Assembly (NCBI GenBank): GCA_964016885.1
Contig: CAXHJY010000529.1
Coordinates: forward strand, 39,025 to 103,024
Origin: Eledone cirrhosa
Taxonomy: Eukaryota
Direction of reading: 5' to 3'
DNA length: 64,000 nt
The position numbers and the translations under genes are program-made. The notes beneath the pieces were generated by a model, which saw nothing but the letters and a program-made list of their open reading frames with translations, was not told where the DNA came from and did no database searches. Below, piece after piece: positions 52,673 to 64,000 of this stretch; position 1 is the first letter of the stretch; the number at the start of each line of letters is the position of its first letter.

Positions 52673-54135
52673 CTGAAAGATAATAAAGAGAGGAAGACAC
52701 TTGAGGGGTGGGGGGTAACAGTTAAACAAATATACTTCGGGTTTTTTAAAACTCTAGTTCTTCACTGCTACTTATTTGATCAACCTGGAAAGTAAGAACA
52801 TAAAGTGGTTATTCTCAGGATTGGGGCCTCAAGACGTAAAAAGATCTTTACATTAGCAATAATTTATAGCCCAACCCATGCCAATATGGAAACGAAATGG
52901 ACGGTAAGTGATGATGATGGTGGTGATGATGATGATGATGATGATTTTAAAATATCTGATGCGCTCCCACTCTCCTTCTACTTTCTAAGATATGTGATCC
53001 AAAGTAGAATTGAACCTTAGGAAGAAAACCTAATGAATCATGATGGAAGAGAAGTGGTGGTGATAATGCCCTGTTGAAAGATATTGGGTGATATGAAGTA
53101 ACACACATCATCATCACCACCACCATCATCATTATCATCATAATCATCATTTTACGTCCGGGTTTCCATAATTGCATGGGTTGGACGGGTTTTCCCTCAC
53201 AGCATTCCTCCATTGTAAATTGGAAATAGAAAACCAGTTGACGACTGAAGCGCGTTATTGCCTCTTCTCTGCAGTATTGGCCACTCCTGTTGCTGGCTTT
53301 GTTTAGCCCAAGGCAGGGTTTGATTAAGCAGACCTAGGAATACGGCGTCCAATATGTCTTTCTAATTTCAAGACGGTGTAATGTGATTTGAGGAAATTCG
53401 GTAGCTTTTACTAGCATGTCACGCGACCAGTTAAGAGAGCATTGTGGGTGAGTGGGTGGGTGGTAACAAACTTAGTTTTTGTCACGAAAAGGAAATAAAA
53501 TCTTTAAAATAATAATTATAATAGTAAATAGTTGAACATATTTTAAGTTGCACTAGATGACCTATATAATAACACGATATATGTGATGGCATTACAAGTG
53601 TGTAAAAAAAAAAATTCAGAATATTATATATTCTGAATTTATATAAATATATATATTGCTAATATATCGTAAACCCAGGTAGAAGGAGCAACGTGAAGTA
53701 GTGTCTTGCCTAAGGATATAACGCATCGCCCGAATCCAATTCTCTAACCACTCAGCCACGCACCTTCATTCAAACAAAATCAATACAATATATGACAATA
53801 AACATAACAAACATCTTCCTTCAGTATCCACCAGTAACAATGACACGTTTCTGAAGACAAGGTCATTAAGTACTTTGTAGCACACTACCACAGCTAATTA
53901 AATGCCTGCTGAGTTCTTTCATTTCCTAGCCTCTATACTTATACACCAATACGCCCCAGTGCGTCCAAACGGTTCAATATATTGTTGCAATATATCAATC
54001 ATTGTGATAGTCTTGTAGGGTGGGGTTTGGAAGATAAAGTCGACTCCACGTGTATTAGGAGACTTATTTCATTTTCTTAACCAAGAAAGAAAAGCAAAGT
54101 CGATTTTAGTGGAAATACGAACTGAAAACGTAGAT

Positions 54136-54416
54136 CAAGCATGGGCAACCTTTTTCGAGAAGGGGACCGCATGAGATATGGCTCATCAAGCACTAATTTA
54201 CATTCGTGCCCACATTTAAAAACAAAAGGGTGGTAACTTAGGTTGTTTTGATTTGTTTCTTCAGAATTCGTACACGTTGTTTTCCTCGATCGTAAAAATG
54301 ATAGAAAAATAAATTATGACTGAAAAGGTTGGGGTAAAAAAATCAGAAAGATTTCACTTAGGTGACTTAGGCGAGCCATTCAGAAAGCTTCGCGGGCCGC
54401 AGATTGCCCATGACTG
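54136..54416. mobile_element. hAT MITE
   Basis: TIRs caagcatgggcaacc / gattgcccatgactg. TSD acgtagat / gtgtagat. Confidence 0.8.
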
Positions 54417-55421
54417 GTGTAGATGAACCGAAATCAAACGCCAACATCAGTTTAAGAAGACATGCCTTTCTTATCGTTTTCATCTACACTGAAAGCTATT
54501 TGTGGTCTTTTAAAACAAATGACCAACATCACGAACACTATCAACTTCAGTTTAAAGTATCATCATCATCGTTTAAGGTCCATTGTCCACGCTTGCATCG
54601 GTTAGACGAGTTGTCACGTTATGAATGAAACAAGTCAGATCCAGAGACCACGGTATTGCTCATACGGATCTGTATTTTGGGGCTTGGTTTATGTGCCCTT
54701 CCTAACACGAACCACGCTACAGTGTGGACTGGATGCGTTCTGTCGTGTCACCAACACGACCATCTTGCATCCCTTTCTTAACGTTTTCATCTACACGGAA
54801 AGCACTCTGTGGTCTTTTGAAACAAATGACCAGCATCGAAATCACATCAAGATAGGAATGATATTAAATCATTAATAAATATTGAATTTACTGTTAGATA
54901 AAATTGACAGACACTATAACAACTATCAAAATTACCACCAGGAAGTCGCTTGTAAGTAATAAATTTGAAAATATCCTGGGGGAGGGGGTCATATTGGAGA
55001 GGCAATAAAGAGAAAACTGCTGACAAATATGTAAATTAGATCGCAATAACTGATTTAAGAAACACTGCCTGCGGATAGAAGAAATTAATAACCATACTGG
55101 GTAAAAGGAAAGAAACGAAGGCGACTCTGATAATTAAAAATAAAATGTATGATGTGTATAATATTTAAATAGAAATGTACTTAGATATAAGTTTATAGCA
55201 ATAGTAACAATGAGCAATGAAAGGCAAGAATCAAGAACAAGTGAAAATGACACTATTATAAACGAGGGAAGACAGCTAAATCTAAGTATCAAATAGCTGG
55301 TCAAAGGGATCGTGTTTACTTTCAGCGTGAAACTAACTGGTTTCAACGTAGCTGTTTCTAACACTGGCGACTGGTTGTGGCTGGCTGAAATTTCTTTAGA
55401 TCATGTTTGCTCCAACACACT

Positions 55422-55464
<43 letters not shown>

Positions 55465-55772
55465 CAGAGAGATATTTAATTTATTGGTCATTCAACAAAT
55501 TTATTTATAACAGATTCGAAGCACTCTACAGTTTTCTTCTGGAGTATAATATATATATATATATATGGGATAACAAGTTATCATTATAGGTAATCCAGTT
55601 AGAGGTTGTGAGTACTCTGCGTCGTGGATAGTTTTAACGGACGGCTTTGTTTGACTCAACAAGAGGTTTCCATAGTTATGTAGCGAGTTCGCGAGAATTC
55701 TTATGTAGGTTATACTTGGAGTAATAATAGTGAAAGATTGAAGAATAACATGGTCGGCTGTACAACAAGGGG

Positions 55773-55908
<136 letters not shown>

Positions 55909-56294
55909 CATCATCATTCATCATTTCACGTCCACTTTTCCCTGCTTGCAAGGGTGGGACGGGAACTGATTCTGGCTTGATTTCTACAGCTGGATGCCCT
56001 TCCTAACACCAACCTCATTTACAGTGAGCGCTGGGTGCTTTTTTGCCGTGGCACCTCCACGACCACTTTGCAGTGGAATGATAGGGACCCCAGTCCCTAT
56101 CATCTCATTTCTACAGCTGAGTAAACTGGAGCAATGTGAAATAAAGTGTCTTGCTCAAGGAAACAACACATCACCCGGTCTGAGAATTGAACTCACAACC
56201 TTTCGATTGCAAGGCCAATGCTCTAACCACTAAGCCATGTGTGTGTGTGTATAAAAACATCTGACTGATAAAATGACAAGTCAGTCAATCACAT

Positions 56295-56475
56295 TGGTGG
56301 CCTCCCCACAGCCCCGGCGGACAGAATGGAGAAGGCGTTTCCATGGAGGACCGCGAGTGACTGGCCAGCTCAGCGCCTATGGTGGTGAGTAGGGAGGTAC
56401 CCCTTGGGCCGAGGACACAAGAAGTCTCCACTGCCAAGGGTACACCGCAAACCTGTCGGAGAGCGACCGGTATTT
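56295..56475 (-). mobile_element. Decayed 3' fragment of an RLE-type (CRE-like) non-LTR retrotransposon
   Basis: Across frameshifts it reads KYRSLSDRF / VPLAVETSCVLGPRGTSLLTTIGAELA / SLAVLHGNAFSILSAG. This matches the KY..L...P.AVET.G..G and S.A..RGNA..IL C-terminal endonuclease pattern. Confidence 0.7.
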
Positions 56476-57541
56476 GAAGAGATGTGGCTAACTGCTGTGA
56501 AATATCTGAGCTAATGTTTTAACCATTTAGCTATTTTCCACTATACGAAAAGCTGCTTTCATTTAGCGTAACACTGTTTTTAATAGAGCCAACGGCGCTA
56601 GATTGCCTTTAGGGTAATAACTTCACAGTAGAATATAAAATAGATGAGTCATCTAGTAATAAAGTTGTGTGATATAATAACGAATTGATAAAAAAAAAAA
56701 AAAGAAATCTCTTGAAGTTTTTCTGTTAATGTAATTTTCATTCTACTCTCTGCAGACGGTGAAATAAAAAGAAGAAAAAAAAGAAAAACTAAAAATGTCT
56801 ATAATTAATATAAGTTATGGTAATTTTAAACACTTGAGGCCAGCAAATAAATAATGTTATGTTCCATAATTTACAGAAATGCTTTTTCAGAGTTTTCTGT
56901 CTTTTTCTTGGCAACATGTAAAATCGCCAACAATTAACAGAATGTTTAAAAGTGTTTTGGGAAAATGATATCATCTGCATACCGTGGAAAATGTTTGATA
57001 CATGTGTAATAATTATATATTAGCTATGTACTTTGTAAAATATGTGAGACATCAATGTTTGATACAGGAGAGAAAAAAGAAAGAACAATACCCAGTGGGA
57101 AATGGAGGTTAGGAATGAATAAACCATGTTTTGAATTTTGATAGAAAGATAGAAAGGAGATATTTTGGTGGAAGTAGATAAACCATTAGGAAAAGGCTTG
57201 CTTACTACGTGACTTTATCTTACTTCAGTCGTGAAAACAACCTTAATTGACAGAAGGCATTACACTACTAGCGAAGTAATAATAGTAGTCGTAGGCTGAT
57301 CTACAAAAACGTGCTTCACTTGATTAACAAAAAAACAACTGAAATCTTATCCTAGATAAAGTGGCTTTGACGTAATATTTTGATTAGTTCTCTGTAACGC
57401 CAAGAAGCTGATTAGAACGAAACTAAGTCTGAAATAAAAATAAGCACATGTTACTAGAACGAACAGCTGATAACATTTCAGACAGCAAATAATTAAAAGA
57501 AAAGAAACGAAAATAAAAAAAAAACAGTTTTTAGAATTTAC

Positions 57542-60500
57542 CTCTACATGTTTTCTTTTATTCAAAGTATTTGTGGTATCCCAGGGAAATTTCTCCTTCT
57601 GACAAGGTATTTCCGTAAAACTTCCTGAGTGTTCAGCAGAAATATGAACGGCAGATGATGATATGCGAGAATGATGCTGTGGTTTATGGGAATTTATAAA
57701 TTGGTCATCGGTTTCGTTCCACCGGTAATAGGAATTGGCTGCTGTATGAGACGAAACCTCATTGACAGAAGCCAACAGTTCCTGTTTGAAATGGTTGTGT
57801 ACATCTCGTTCATTCGGAACGCCGTTTTGTTGTAGTTGTTGTTGTTGTAGTTGATGAAAGTTGGAATAATCAGATGCAGCGATAACATCGTAATTACTAT
57901 TTAGTTTTCCAATCGACTGTTCCTTTAGGGTTTTCTTAAAATCCGATGTTGCGGGTTCATCGGGTCTGGATATCGTTTCAGTACCAGTAATAACAATGTC
58001 GTCATCATCATCATCGTCAACGTTGACCTTCTGGAAAGGATTTTCAATTATTTCAACATCGCTAGATTTAGATGAAGACATACACGAGGAAATTTTATCC
58101 GAACTATCCGTGTCTACGTGTAATTCCTGGCAATGTTTCTCAAGCAATGTGTTTATAGCATCTTTCAACGACATTTTACCTTTCGGTGTGTCAGCATCAC
58201 AGCACATCTGTACTGTAGATTCTAGAATATTGTCACTGTCAGAGTTTTGAATCATTGATATGATATTTTTGGTAGAGAAAAATGTGCGTGGCATTGGAGG
58301 ACTGACTTTATCACTGGCGTCTCTGCCTTTGTTGGCACATTTCGTAGAGTCCGTCGTATTAGATCGTCGACTATTATTATCGGTAGATACAGAAATTATT
58401 TTAGGTTCCTCTGAAGGGCTTGTATTGTTGCTGTTGTTACTATTCAAGTTATTTTTGTTGTTATTGTTGTTGTTATTGTTATTCATGATAATACTACTAT
58501 TGATATTACTGTTATTATTATTATTACTAATGTTGTTGTTGTTGTTATTAGTATTACCATTATTAGTCCGGTGATTCACATGAATGTTATGGTTAACGTT
58601 AACACTATTGTGAAGAAGGCTGTTTGAGTTCATTGCAGATTTGTGGTGTTGTTTTACTTGAACTATTGGTGCCACATTAGCAACGGGAATGTTTTTGTTG
58701 CGTATTGTACTACGCCCAGTGAAACCATCACGTTTATCTCTCATACTGTCCATGACAGTTTTGGGATGTCTAATGCCATCCTGGAGTCTATTTGTCTGGA
58801 GAGGAGAGTTCTCTGTTGGCAAACTAATCGGCATATATGGAAGATGTAGGTTTGGATTATTGAAAGCTGACGGATATGACATTGGGTGACCGTACATCGA
58901 ATGGGGAACTTCATGATGTGGAGGAAAATGAGGGCGAAACATAGATTCATGTAGATATGGAATTGAAGGTTTTAGATTTTGAGGTATACCGTTTGTTGAA
59001 TTCCGTTTCATTTCTAGAGATGGCCTCATTATTATTTCAGCATTGTCTTGGATAAATGCATCTGGGCTTGAATTGTCTACAAAAGTTGCTGAACTAGGTT
59101 CCAGCGGAGGAGGTTCACTTGTGGATGGTGAATCAACTCGAGGTGGATTTTTGTGTTGTGGACTTAGTATTGGCATTTTAGGCGACGGCGTGGGACTAAT
59201 ACTGATAAGAGAAGATTCTGATATGCTTTCTTCGTGCGGGTTTAGGGTAACAATTCCGTTCTCCACGTGGAACACCTTTTTCAGCGCTTCATCTTGATTG
59301 ACAGCATTCATTATAATATGCTTCCTAGAACCAAGTTTTGGATCTTTGCTCTCAGAGGCAGATTTAGTTATTATAACATCTGCTTTCTTGTTACTGGCTG
59401 AAGATTGTGAGGCTTCTGAAGATATATCACTTGGGATGTTTATTGACAATGGAGTACTATATGGTGGAATAGAATCAGCAGCATTCGATGAGTTCTGGTA
59501 CTCCTTGGAATTAGCACCACTACTACTACTATTGTTCCCATAGACAACCTTCAGTGAATTTCTCTCAGATGCCGAACTATTCGACTCTGAAATCACGTTG
59601 ATAATTGGAACATCTTTAGGCTGTCTGCTACTACTGGTTGTGGGGCTGATGATTCTTACATCATCGTTAGAATCAACAGATTTCCCTGAATCCATTGCTG
59701 AATGATGCAATGAAGATTTCATATTTAGGTGATTATTGGTTGTCATGGTAGTCGAGGTACTGGCGCTGCTGTTGTTGTTGTTACTGCCGTTGTATGCGAC
59801 ATCAACACCAGAAGCAGCAGAGTAATGCGACTGACCTCCTCCAAAAGACTGTTTTTGATGTTTTTGCACACCGTGCTGAAGCGAGGATTTTGAAATGTTG
59901 AGGACGGATGTAAGCGAAGTTGAATTGACATCAGTTGTGGTTGTAGACGAAGACAATGATGGTGATGAAAAGGATAAGGGAACGGGTGGTGCAAAGGGAG
60001 ACTGGTTAGACATATACATTAACCTTTGTTGTTGCTGTTGTTGTTGTTGATGGTATGAGGGATATGCTTTATTTAGTTGTGATTCCATCATCAGAGCTTG
60101 CTTACTTGGTGACAAGGAAGTCAAAGCTCCACTACCGTTTGCATTATGTCTTTTAGCATTTTCTGAAACATGTTTCTGTGAAGACATTGACTGGTTCACA
60201 GAAGCTGGTACATACATCTTCTGTTGTTGATGTTGGTAGGAAGATATAGATGCAAGAGAGCTAAGCTTGTTTGAAGAACTTTTACCAGCCTGCATCAATT
60301 GAATATTGGCTTTTTCTTGGTTTGACATATGCATTTGGGCAGCCATTGGCGTCAACTGTTGTTGGTGACGCTGGAGAAGACGAGCTGTTGACTGTGGATG
60401 TAGATCTGTAGAGTTACGTTTAGTTATAGAACAGTTAGTGCTGTCAGGGCTGTAGCGAAGAGATGTCAAGTCAGCCCCTATACCATTTGAATGGGATTTA

Positions 60501-60702
60501 CCAGTTGGAGAACAATTTTCAAACTTTTTAGGCTCCATTTGATGGAAGGGAAATACTTTCGCTGACATACTGTTGATGTTGCCAACGTCGGTGTGACTAG
60601 CTGCCCTTCCTGGCAATATATTTGAGATACGTGCAGAGGAAGTTGTAGAGGGTGAGGAAAGAGATGATGTTGATGTTATTGTCACTGTCGTTGGCGAAGA
60701 CA

Positions 60703-60738
<36 letters not shown>

Positions 60739-61121
60739 TATGAAGAGGAGATGCTTGGTGGCGATGAGATGCATAATGTTGTTGATAACGTTGTTGTTGT
60801 TGTTGATGATGTGTGATCTGTTGTTGTTGTTGTTGCAGCCGCTGTTGTTGTGACTGCTGTTGATGGTGTTGAGAAAGTTCTTGATCTCTCAAGCGATGAT
60901 GGTGTAGTGAAGGTGGTAACTGACGTTGAGAGGATGTCAATGTTTGCGATGACTGAGTAGGTCCTGGCAGGTAAGGGCTTGATGTTTGTTGTGAGAATAG
61001 TTGGCACCTTTGGTTGGTTACCTGCATCTGTCGTGAAGTTTGATGTGAGGTTTGGTGCGGTTGATAATGTTGTTGTGATTGTTGTTGCTGTTGCCTCTGC
61101 TGATTGTATTGATATTGCTGC

Positions 61122-61164
<43 letters not shown>

Positions 61165-62080
61165 GCTGCTGCTGCTGCTGGTGATGTTGGGATGAATGAG
61201 AACGTGCTGCTGCTAACGTTAGACAGTGCTGTGAATCGTAAGTTGGTGACGTTGTGTGCCCTGAAGTTGCTTGAAGATTTCGCTGAGATTTTAGTGAATC
61301 AGCTGGGAAATCCCGCACAGTCGGAGACATTTGTAAACCAGAACGAGCATCAGGGTGACCCAAAGGAGATTTACTAGAGAGAGAGGGCGGCGATGAAACG
61401 CTGCTAGTTGTTGGTACAAATATTGGAGGATAGCCAATGTAACTTGCGCCTAATTTTAATCGATTAACCGCTTGATTATTAGCCAATCGATTATTATTGA
61501 CAGTATCTGACATGGATTTTATGGGGCTAGGAACTTCTTTACACTTGGACGGCTTGTTAGATTTTGGTTTAGGTGATACTGTCTTCAGTGCCGCAGTTTT
61601 GTACACGTAAGAGTTCTGCACAAGAAATGGTGGGGCCATCATACTTCCATGCATTTGTTTGAAAGGAGAGTTCTTGGTTTTAGTTAAATCCAGAGGACTA
61701 GGAGGGGCAATTTGGGGGTGAACTTTGGGTCTCTTCATTGGTGACAATCCACTGAGGAACGGATCGAATATTGTAGTGTCGGGACTACGCTTACGTGTTT
61801 TAACGGACAGGTCAAGAGGACTGTCAGCGTTGCGTAGAGCATGAACAGAGGGGAATGGAGAGACCTTCTGGATCTGTTGCTGTAACTGTTCCGTGTCCGA
61901 GCGAAAGTCTTTCTTAGGAGGAAGCCGTATCTGACTGGCATGTTGTTTAGCCATAGTGTCACCGTTTATCTGAGGGGGCTGTTGACAATCAACTTCAGAC
62001 GGTAGTCCACCTTTTGATGGTTGTCTAACAGGCATATTAAACACCCTTTCTTTGTAGCTGCAACTCATGTTTGGAGTTAC
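57542..62080 (-). CDS. Giant internal coding exon (4539 nt, 1513 codons) of a large low-complexity nuclear protein, putative transcriptional co-regulator
   Basis: Lies within the 1583-aa ORF 57347-62098. Minus-strand acceptor ...ttttttctttgcag|GTA (exon starts 62080) and donor GAG|gtaaat (ends 57542), both phase 0. Contains PLDLS and PLDLT motifs, basic clusters (KTRKR, KRPK), PxLxP motifs (PILSP, PPLEP) and polyQ/polyS/polyN tracts. Confidence 0.92.
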
Positions 62081-62159
62081 CTGCAAAGAAAAAAACAAAC
62101 AAACAGATCAGATACAGAATAAATAAATAAAACAAGCACGTACGTACAATTCGTTACTG

Positions 62160-62235
<76 letters not shown>

Positions 62236-62332
62236 CAGTACAAGGAAGTTAACACTGGGAAAGGCAAAGACGCGTTTTGTTGAGCGAACTTATTCAACTT
62301 GCTCTATACCTCGCATATCTTTATACATTCAT

Positions 62333-62364
<32 letters not shown>

Positions 62365-63386
62365 TGTGTGTGTAAGAGTAAAGTAAGAAGCACTGAGAGA
62401 TTATGAAGTTCATAGAAAATGTAGTATGTTCAGACAGAGAAAAATAACTGTAAATACAGTCGGTTGGTATAAAAAAAGGTTAGTAATTCGGATAAAATAC
62501 TCCTTATTGAGGGGAAACAGTTTGCCACCTTGGGTAAATGTGAATATGTTAAAAATATTAATTTCATTCTTTCCTTCTAAAGTTTAAATTGTTCCTTTCT
62601 TTTTTGTTTAGTCAAAAGAAACCACTTAACCAGTATACTACTATTAGAAATCATCATCGTCATCATGAGTAATAGTAGGAGAGAGAGAGGGGTTACGGCA
62701 GAGACGCCAGAGAGAGAGAGAGGGGGGGACCGACCAGAGAGGTAGATAATTCTCTGTCACTGTATTTCATCACGATTCTCCAGTTTCTATGTTCAAATCC
62801 CAGTAGAGTCGCCTATATCTCTTCAGTTGGGAATCTATAAAAGATAGAACATGCCACCCACCCATCCAGCCAACATGCCATGCTCCTCAAGACCAAAGCA
62901 TATTCAATCGACCATATCTTTCACTTACCTGCAAATTTGTGGCCTGGTATCAATAGAAATCATAGTGCTAGCTGTTATTTTGTATTGTATGTGTGTGTGT
63001 GAGTGTGTGTGAGCGAGTGAGTCTATGTGCCTGTGTGTATGAATGTGTGTACGTATAAATAGGTATTGTTAGCGCTATATATAGCCAGTGAGTATAGGAA
63101 CTAATTATTTTATATATGAAAGGAAAATAAATAGACCGTGTGTGACAAAAGCTATGCAAAGGGCAGAGACGGAATGCAAACGACCAAGGTTAACAAATAA
63201 GTGGATATGCTGACTGCTCAATGAGTGAAAGCAGGCAAACAGGATATACATTCATACGAACAATTTCCCACCTCTCTCTCACTGTGTATGTGTGGGTGGG
63301 TGGGTGTACACACACACACACACACACAGATTGGGCCAAAAGTCACGAAAGAATTTTAATATTTAATTGCTTTTTATCATTAAGAG

Positions 63387-63419
<33 letters not shown>

Positions 63420-63421
<2 letters not shown>

Positions 63422-63618
63422 CTTTTTAATTTTTTCCTTCCCCTCAAATTCCCTCCCCCCTTTTAATGGCTTTCCACAACTCCCCCTCACACCCTCGGAA
63501 CTCTTCTCCTGATGAAGGGCTTATGCCCGAAACGCCGTCCCCCACCCCCTACTCTCAAGCGTGAACCTAATACTAACACTTTGCACTGCACTCTTCGTTA
63601 TTGTTTTTTGTTTTAACC
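63420..63618 (+). mobile_element. PLE 3' end, same family as 4120-4975
   Basis: Shared actcccc..cacaccct..gaactct upstream block, HHR and ctctcaagcgtgaacctaata motif. Ends in (TA)n. Confidence 0.65.
63509..63536 (+). ncRNA. Minimal hammerhead with a mutated cleavage triplet (GCC)
   Basis: CTGATGA-A-GGGC-TTAT-GCCC-GAAAC-GCC. Same helix II as the copy at 4214-4241. Confidence 0.7.
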
Positions 63619-63689
63619 TATATATATATATATTTTAATATCTGTTATATATATATAACAGATCTAGCTGTCGAAGCGGCCGGAGCTCA

Positions 63690-63758
<69 letters not shown>

Positions 63759-63840
63759 GCCCCGACCGCTTCGACAGCTAGATCTGTTATATATATATAA
63801 CAGATCTAGCTGTGAGAAAAGTTGCTCCGAACGAACTGTC

Positions 63841-63931
63841 CGTGTCCGAAGGAACCTGCAGCCGTAGAATCAGCCAGATCCATACAGTGATCATGTATCG
63901 AGCTACCTGCCGGCGAAACAATTGTAACACG
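63841..63931 (+). ncRNA. Hammerhead-like motif with expanded (61-nt) domain II and a variant core
   Basis: CGTGT-CCGAAGGA-61 nt-GAAAC-AATT-GTA-ACACG. Perfect 5-bp helix I, palindromic ACAATTGT helix III, AATAAA at 63933. Confidence 0.5.
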
Positions 63932-64000
63932 CAATAAACTGAGTCCAGATGCATCACTGATTTTTCGTTTTTTTATACTATATATATATATATATATATA

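Noticed and set aside
57347-57541. Hydrophobic C-terminus of the 1583-aa ORF, resembling a transmembrane segment
   Set aside because: It is read-through into the T-rich intron past the donor at 57541.

Overview
Eukaryotic, AT-rich, very microsatellite-dense genomic DNA. The SINE families and repeat content point to a coleoid cephalopod, probably Octopus (inference). The one well-supported gene is on the minus strand. It has a 4.5-kb Q/S/N-rich exon (57542-62080) followed by phase-consistent exons at 52598-52672, 51915-51957 and 50728-51287. It encodes a large, mostly disordered protein with PxDLS (CtBP-binding) and PxLxP motifs, and I cannot name it. Almost all other ORFs in the track are microsatellite artefacts. 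The rest is SINEs, MITEs (hAT, Tc1/mariner, piggyBac-like), CRE-like LINE tails and tandem repeats. The most interesting signal is a dispersed set of short Penelope-like retroelement ends that sit in (TA)n/(CA)n tracts and carry hammerhead-ribozyme (HHR) cores. These include minimal HHRs and a variant with a ~60-nt expanded domain II. There are also perfect 50-58-bp fold-back palindromes centred on the ribozyme, and recurrent inverted duplications centred on (TA)n tracts. All calls were made by eye, with no searches or folding programs run.
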